DNA from: Vicinamibacterales bacterium
Lineage (GTDB): Bacteria; Acidobacteriota; Vicinamibacteria; Vicinamibacterales; JAMQPK01
Assembly: GCA_963811435.1 (NCBI GenBank)
Contig: CAWERD010000006.1
Span: 1,042,696-1,106,695, forward strand
DNA length: 64,000 nt
Reading direction: 5' to 3'
Below the pieces are notes generated by a model that made no database searches, was not told where the DNA came from, and worked only from the letters and a program-made list of their open reading frames with translations. The position numbers and the translations under genes are program-made. Positions 57,935 to 64,000 of this stretch are shown piece by piece; the stretch's first letter is position 1, and the number at the start of each line of letters is the position of its first letter.

Positions 57935-60900
57935 TCTGGGACTTGCTTCCACGCGAGCCGGAAGTACAACCCGGGGTCGGTGTCCGACTCGGTGCGCGCG
58001 ACCGATCCCGTTGGCCCAGCGGCTGTGAAGACCCGATACGCGAGCGCGAGCGACGTGTCCTCGCCTTGCGTGTTCCGCCATTGCTGGCTGCCCGGCACGC
58101 TCCAGCCCGTTGTGGGGGCCGACCAGGTGTTGTTCTCGTCGGCCAGCCATCCAGCCAGCACCAGCGTGCCAGCCGTGTTGGTCGCAAAGCTCGGCACCGT
58201 CACCGCACCGCCGCTGTGACTACCGGTGAGCACCGGCACGTCTATCTCTGGATGCATCCCCGCCGACATGGCGAACGCGAAGCTATAGGCGGTCAATGCC
58301 TCGGTGCCCGTCGTGTTCGTCACTGACGGCGTTCCCGCCCAGGTCCCGTTGAACCGCGTCCAGAACACACGCGCCGACACGCCGTTGGCCTGCGAAATGG
58401 CTTCGGCGTTCCACGTCTGGCCGCCGGCGTTCGCGATACTCAGCGTTGCGTTCCCTCGATAGGCCGCCACGATGACGTACAGGTCGCCGGTTTGCAGCGT
58501 TGCTGGAGGTGTCACGGCGCGCGGTCCCGGACCAATGCCATTCGTGTTCTCCACAGTCGGATAGTGAGTGCCGACTGATCGGAACGTGAACGGGACGGCT
58601 GGTGGTGGCGGCGGCGCGGGCGTTTCGGCGTCATCGATATTCGAGTAGTTCGACGGGCTGAAGAGATTGAATGCCCGTACCCGATACCGATACGTCGTCG
58701 AACCGGCCACGTTGTTGGTGTCGTTGTAGCTCGTCACGTTCGGTCCGACCACGGCGTGCGCGACAAAGCTCGTGCAATTCACGCCGGCACACCGCTCGAT
58801 GTTGAATCCGGCTTCATTCGTCGCGTGGTCGAGCCAGGTCAACGCGACTTGTCCTGGCGATGCCACTGCCTGCAGGTCCGACGGATCTGCCGGAGGATCT
58901 GATGGAATTTCCTGCCCGCGGAAAGCCAGCCGGAAATAGAGGCCGTTGTCTGGTCCGCTCGCGCTCTGGGTGCGAACGATGTTCCCGGATGGTCCGCCGG
59001 GACCCAGGAGCCGATACGCGAACGCGATCGAACTGTCGGACCCGTTGCTGTTGCGCCACTGCGCCTGTCCGCCCGGTGTGCTCCAACCTGTCGTCGCGGC
59101 ACCCCAGGTGTTGTTGTCGCCCGAGATCCATCCCGCCAGCGCCAGAACTCCCGTCGTGTTGGTATCGAAGCTCGGTACCGTCACCGTCCCACCGGCATGA
59201 CTGCCCGAGACAAACGGGACGTCGATCACCGGATAGAGTCCCGGCGCCATGTCGAAGGCGAATGCGTAGACCGTGAGCGGCAACGCTCCCGTCGTGTTCG
59301 TCACCGCCGGGTTTGCCGTCCAGAAGCCGTTGAACTGAGACCAGAACACACGAACCGTTTGTCCATTGGCCTGCGCGTTGGTCTCGCTTGTCCACACCTG
59401 ACCACCGGTTTCGGACAACGTCAGCGTCGCCGTTCCTCTGTACGCCGCCACGATCACCATGAGGTCGCCGGGCTGAAGCGACGCCGGCGGTGTGATTGCG
59501 CGCGGGCCGGGTCCGCCTCCCTGATCGGCATTCTCGACGGTCGGGAAGTGCGTGCCGACGCCACGGAAAGCAAACGCTGGTGTCGGCGTCGTTACGTCGG
59601 CGCTGGTCGCGTACCCCGAAGGTCCGAACACGTTGTTGGCCCGTACCCGATACCTGTATGTCGTCGTCGCGGCGACTGTGGTATCGCGATAGGTGGTGAC
59701 GTTCGCGCCAACTCCCGTCAGCGGTGCGAAGTTCGTGCATCCCGCATTGGTGCAGCGCTCGATCTGGAACGCGAACTCGTTCGTCGATGTGTCCGCCCAG
59801 GTCAACTCGACCTGGCCGATCGACGCGCTTGCCAGCAGGTTCGCGGGATCGGTCGGCGGCGTCGCGGGCGTGAGCTGCGTTGCCTTGAACGCCATCCGGA
59901 AGTAGAGACCGGCGTCCGGACCGTTAGTCTGCGCGCGGGCGATGGAGCCTGTCGCGCCCGCCGAAGCCATGTTTCGGTACGCGAGCGCAATGGTGTTGTC
60001 CGCACTCGAGTTGTTCCGCCACTGGGCCTGGCCACCAGGCACGCTCCAGCCGGTGGTCGGTGCCGCCCACGTGTTGTTGTCGGCCGAGATCCATCCCACC
60101 AGCGCAAATGTTCCAGGCGTGCTGGTCGAGAAGCTCGGCACCGTTACTGTTCCTCCGCTGTGGTTGCCCGAGACGAAGGGCACGTCGATCTCGGGATACG
60201 TACCCGGCGCCAAGTCCACCGCGAAGCTGTAAACGGTGAGCGGCCCGGTACCTGTCGTATTCGTGACCGCCGGATTCGCCGTCCAGGTGCCGTTGAACTG
60301 GGCCCAGAACACGCGTGCCGTCTGGCCATTCGCCTGCGTATTGGCCTCGGCGGTCCAGGACTGCCCGCCCGTCTCCGACATTGTCAGCGTGGCTGTCCCG
60401 CCATACGCCGCCACAATCACCACCATGTCGCCGAGCTGAACCGCCGGTGGCGTCACCGCCCGAGGTCCAGGCCCGGGCCCGTCGGCGTTATCCGTCGTCG
60501 GGAAGTGCGTGCCTACTCCCAGGGCTGTGAACGGCGCTGCCAGATTGACTGAAATCGACACGGTGGCCGGCGCACTGTTCGTGCTCGCGTCGCTGGTGCG
60601 GAACGTGAAGCTGTCGCTGCCGACATACCCGAGCGCCGGTGTGTAGGTGAGGTTCGGCGCCGTGCCGGTGAGCGTTCCGTTCGAGGGGCCAGCCAGAACG
60701 GCGAAGGTCACTGCGCCTCCATCAGGATCCGAGCCGGTCAAGGTGATGTTGACTGGAGTGGACTGGATGGTCGAGACGCTCTGATTGTTTGCGACCGGCG
60801 GATCGTTGACCGGCGTGACGGTCACGGTCACGTGCCCGACGTCGGTGAGAGATCCGTCGCTGACGGTGTAGTCGTAGCCCGCCGTGCCAGAGAAGTTGGC

Positions 60901-63900
60901 GGCCGGCGTGAACGTCACCGAGCCGTCAGCGTTGCGGACGGCCGATCCGTTGGTGGGATTCGAGACTGCGGTCACCGACAGCGGGTTGCCGTTGCTGTCA
61001 GTGTCATTGCCAGTCATGGCCGCCTGAGTGATGGTCACGGCCGTGTCTTCCGGCGTTGACGCCGTATCGTCCACCGCGACCGGGGCGACGTTGGGGCCGT
61101 TTGTTACCGTCACCGTCACGTGACCGATGTCGGTCAACGTTCCGTCGCTGATCGTGTAGTCGAAACCGGCTGGGCCGGTATAGCCCGCGGTCGGTGTGAA
61201 GGTCACCGTTCCGCTGACCAGTTGCACGGTGCCGTTTGTCGGATTACTGACCGCGGTGACCGTCAACTGCGCGTTCGTGTTGTCGACGTCCGTGTCGTTG
61301 CCCTTCAGATTGGCCTGAGTCAGGTTGAGCGGCGTGCTCTGCGGTGTCGACGCCACGTCATCAAATGCGACCGGGGCGTCGTTCACGGCGGTCACGTTGA
61401 CCGTGACGTGTCCGATGTCGGTGAGCGTGCCATCGCTCACGGTGTAGTCATATCCGGCCGTCCCGGTGAAGTTTGCCGTCGGCGTGAAGGTCACCGAGCC
61501 ATCAGCGTTTCGGACCACGGTGCCGTTAGTCGGATTCGACGCGGCGGTGACGGTTAGCGTGTTCCCCTCCGCGTCGGTGTCGTTCGCGACGAGATTCGCC
61601 TGCGTGCGAGTCTCCGCCGTGTCTTCCTGCGTGGATGTCGTGTCGTCCACGGCCAGCGGTGCATCGTTCAGCGGGTTGACCGTGACCGTCACGTGTCCGA
61701 CGTCCGTCGACGTGCCGTCGCTGACGGTGTAGTCGAATCCCGCCGTTCCGTTGAAGTTCGCGGTCGGCGTGAAGATGACCGAGCCGTTCGCCTGACGTAC
61801 GGCCGTCCCACCCGTCGCGTTCGATGCTGCCGTCACCGTCAGTGTGCTGCCCTCGACGTCGGTGTCGTTGGCGATCATGGTCGCCTGCGTGACGGTGACC
61901 GCCGTGTCTTCGTTCGTCGATGCGGTGTCATCGCCCGCGAGTGGGGCGTCGTTGACCGCTGTCACGGTGACCGTCACATGGCCGATATCCGTGACCGTTC
62001 CATCGCTCACGGTGTAGTCGTAGCCGGCGGTGCCGCTGAAGTTCGCCGTCGGCGTAAAGGTCACCGAGCCGTCGGCGTTCCGCACGGCCGCGCCGTTGGT
62101 GGCATTCGATGCCGCCGTCACCGTCAACGCGTTCCCGTCGGGGTCGGTGTCGTTGGCAACCAGTTGCGCTTGTGTACGTGTGACCTGGGTGTCTTCCGGT
62201 GTCGACGTCGTATCGTCCACCGCGACCGGTGGGTCATTGACTGGCGTCACGGTGACCGTGACGTGCCCGATGTCGGTCAATGCGCCATCGCTGACGGTGT
62301 AGTCGAAGCCGCCTGTGCCGCTGAAGTTCGCGGCCGGCGTGAACGTGATCGCGCCGGTGGTGGCGTTGACGCACCGCCGTGCCGTTGGTCGCATTTGACG
62401 CCGCTGTCACCGTCCGCGTGTTGCCTTCGGCGTCGGTGTCATTCGCGACCATGGTGGCCTGCGAAACTATGACCGCCGTGTCCTCTGGCGTGGTCGCGGT
62501 GTCATCGACCGCCACCGGTGCGTCATTTACCGGCGTGACCGTGACGGTGACGTGCCCGATGTCGGTCAGCGAGCCGTCGCTCACCGTGTAGTCGAATCCA
62601 GCCGTGCCGCTGAAATTCGCCGCCGGCGTGAACGTCACGGACCCGTTGGCGTTGCGAACAGCCGTGCCGTTGGTCGCGTTCGACGCGGCCGTCACCGACA
62701 GCGGGTTGCTGTCCGCGTCGGTGTCGTTGGCAATCAAGGTTGCCTGACTGACCGTCACGTTCGTGTCTTCAGCCGTCGATGCCGTGTCGTCTCCGGCCAC
62801 GGGTGCGTTGTTGGCTGGGGCTTCGGTCGTGAACGACCAGGTCGGACCGGTCACCGTCTGGTTTCCGTCACTGACCGTCGCATACCACTGATACTGAGTA
62901 TTCGGCGCGCGGCCTGACCAGGTTGTTTGTGTATCGTTGCCGGAGGTGACGTTGTTGTTCGTCGCAATCTGCGTGAACGGCACACCCTGCATGCTGAAGT
63001 CGAGCACGAACTGGCTGTTGGCGTCGGTTTCGAACTGCAAGAGCTTCGGCGAGTACGTGTAGACGTAGATCTTGTTCTCGGACGGCTTGAACGTCATGTA
63101 GCGCAGCCATCCGTCGCCGCCGTTGATCCGGCTCTGATAGTCCGATTCGAGCTGATGGACCGCCCGGCCAGGGCAGGCTGCGTTGCCCGGAGTCGCATCC
63201 GTTCGGTTGGCCTCTCCAGGGTAGTGCCCGTTCAGAATCAGGAACACGTTGCAGTTCGGGACAATGAGGTTGTTCCAGACTGTCGCCGCGGGCGTGCCGT
63301 CTGTTGTGCGATTCAGGACCGTCGTCGGACGGCTGCCGGAATCGCTCAAGAACAGGTGGGTGGCGATGATGGCCTTGCGATTCGGGAATGCCTTGAGCAC
63401 ACGGTCCGCCCACGCCACCGCATAGGTCGGCATGTCGTACTCGAGGTGGATGACGACGAAATCCATCCCGCCCGCCGAGAAGAGCGAGTACTGATTCTTG
63501 TTCTGCCGGTTGATCGGATCGGTGAAGTTGAACTGGTTCTGCCCGAGGTACCCGCCGTACCACGGGTAACCCGACATTCTGGAGACGGGGAAGTACAGGT
63601 CGTAGTTTGTCGATACGCCTGCCGAGCTCATGTCGTGGTTGCCGGGCGCAATGCCGTACGGGACGGGGGGCGCTGCGAGATCCAGTACGTCCATGCTCGC
63701 GTCGGCCTTGGTCCACTCGGCGGGCTGAGCGTCGATATGCTCGGTGATGTCCCCCAGGTGCGAGACGAACACGGTGTTCAACGTTGGCCGGTTGCTGACG
63801 ATCCACTGCGTCTGCTGGGTGAACGTCAGCGCGCGGTCTCCGTCGGCATCGTTCGGGTTGGTATCGTCGACGTAGTGCTGTGTATCGGGGATCGCGACGA

Positions 63901-64000
63901 TCGTGAAATCGGCCGCCGGCGCGCCGTTCGTGGCACGGCCGAAGAACGTCACGTTCAGCGGCTGGCTTTCGGGATCCGAAACGTTGACGCTCAGGTTTGG
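57931..64000 (-). CDS. Giant surface protein (5' end outside window): calcineurin-like metallophosphoesterase, 8 cadherin-like/tandem-95 repeats, then three ~215-aa repeats separated by two FN3 domains
   Basis: PDTQ, HLGD, PGNHD, TH, NGH motifs; NDAPVAVDD..TFTP..FDYTVSDG repeats; LTWAD..YRYRVRA FN3; indel near 62370 joins ORFs 62234..63952 and 57931..62394. Confidence 0.88.

Noticed and set aside
57679-58326. ORF with HLTHPS His-rich repeats
   Set aside because: Translation of the 9-nt DNA repeat and antisense to the giant gene
62234-62394. Two separate genes or a programmed frameshift in the giant protein
   Set aside because: Break falls mid-repeat, one indel restores the repeat, and there is no slippery sequence; likely a sequencing error
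1-64000. tRNA, rRNA, transposase, integrase, prophage or known anti-phage defence genes
   Set aside because: None recognised by eye; tRNAscan-SE, Rfam and DefenseFinder were not run

Overview
GC-rich bacterial DNA, most likely Acidobacteriota (Vicinamibacterales-like). This is inferred from the lineage-typical PadR + ADOP permease pair, the BlaI + M56/TIGR03435 pair, many Tat-exported enzymes and GTAG-type REP elements. Several genes (especially 0.5-5.6 kb, 37.6-38.6 kb, 52.4-53.3 kb and ~62.37 kb) are broken by small indels that look like long-read errors. Gene content in order: three membrane-fusion proteins + a MacB-type permease; secreted hydrolases; a Tat-exported TPP enzyme paired with a cytochrome c; a tricarboxylate locus (MBL hydrolase, fused TctC-TctB, TctA, TcuA, TcuB); a quinoprotein sugar dehydrogenase and acyl-CoA ligase; a cassette-like run of small genes containing one clear integron attC site but no integrase; an RRM protein; SGNH, ankyrin and amidohydrolase genes; BlaI/M56 with a clean two-box operator; an RND pump; beta-propellers; two GT-C-like membrane proteins; and the 3' part of a giant phosphoesterase/cadherin-like surface protein. 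Intergenic regions carry many REP-like palindromes and inverted arrays of 7-9 nt micro-repeats, and matched copies of these bracket two outer-membrane-protein genes. No rRNA, tRNA, CRISPR array, transposase or integrase was recognised. All product calls come from motif recognition by eye, not database searches.
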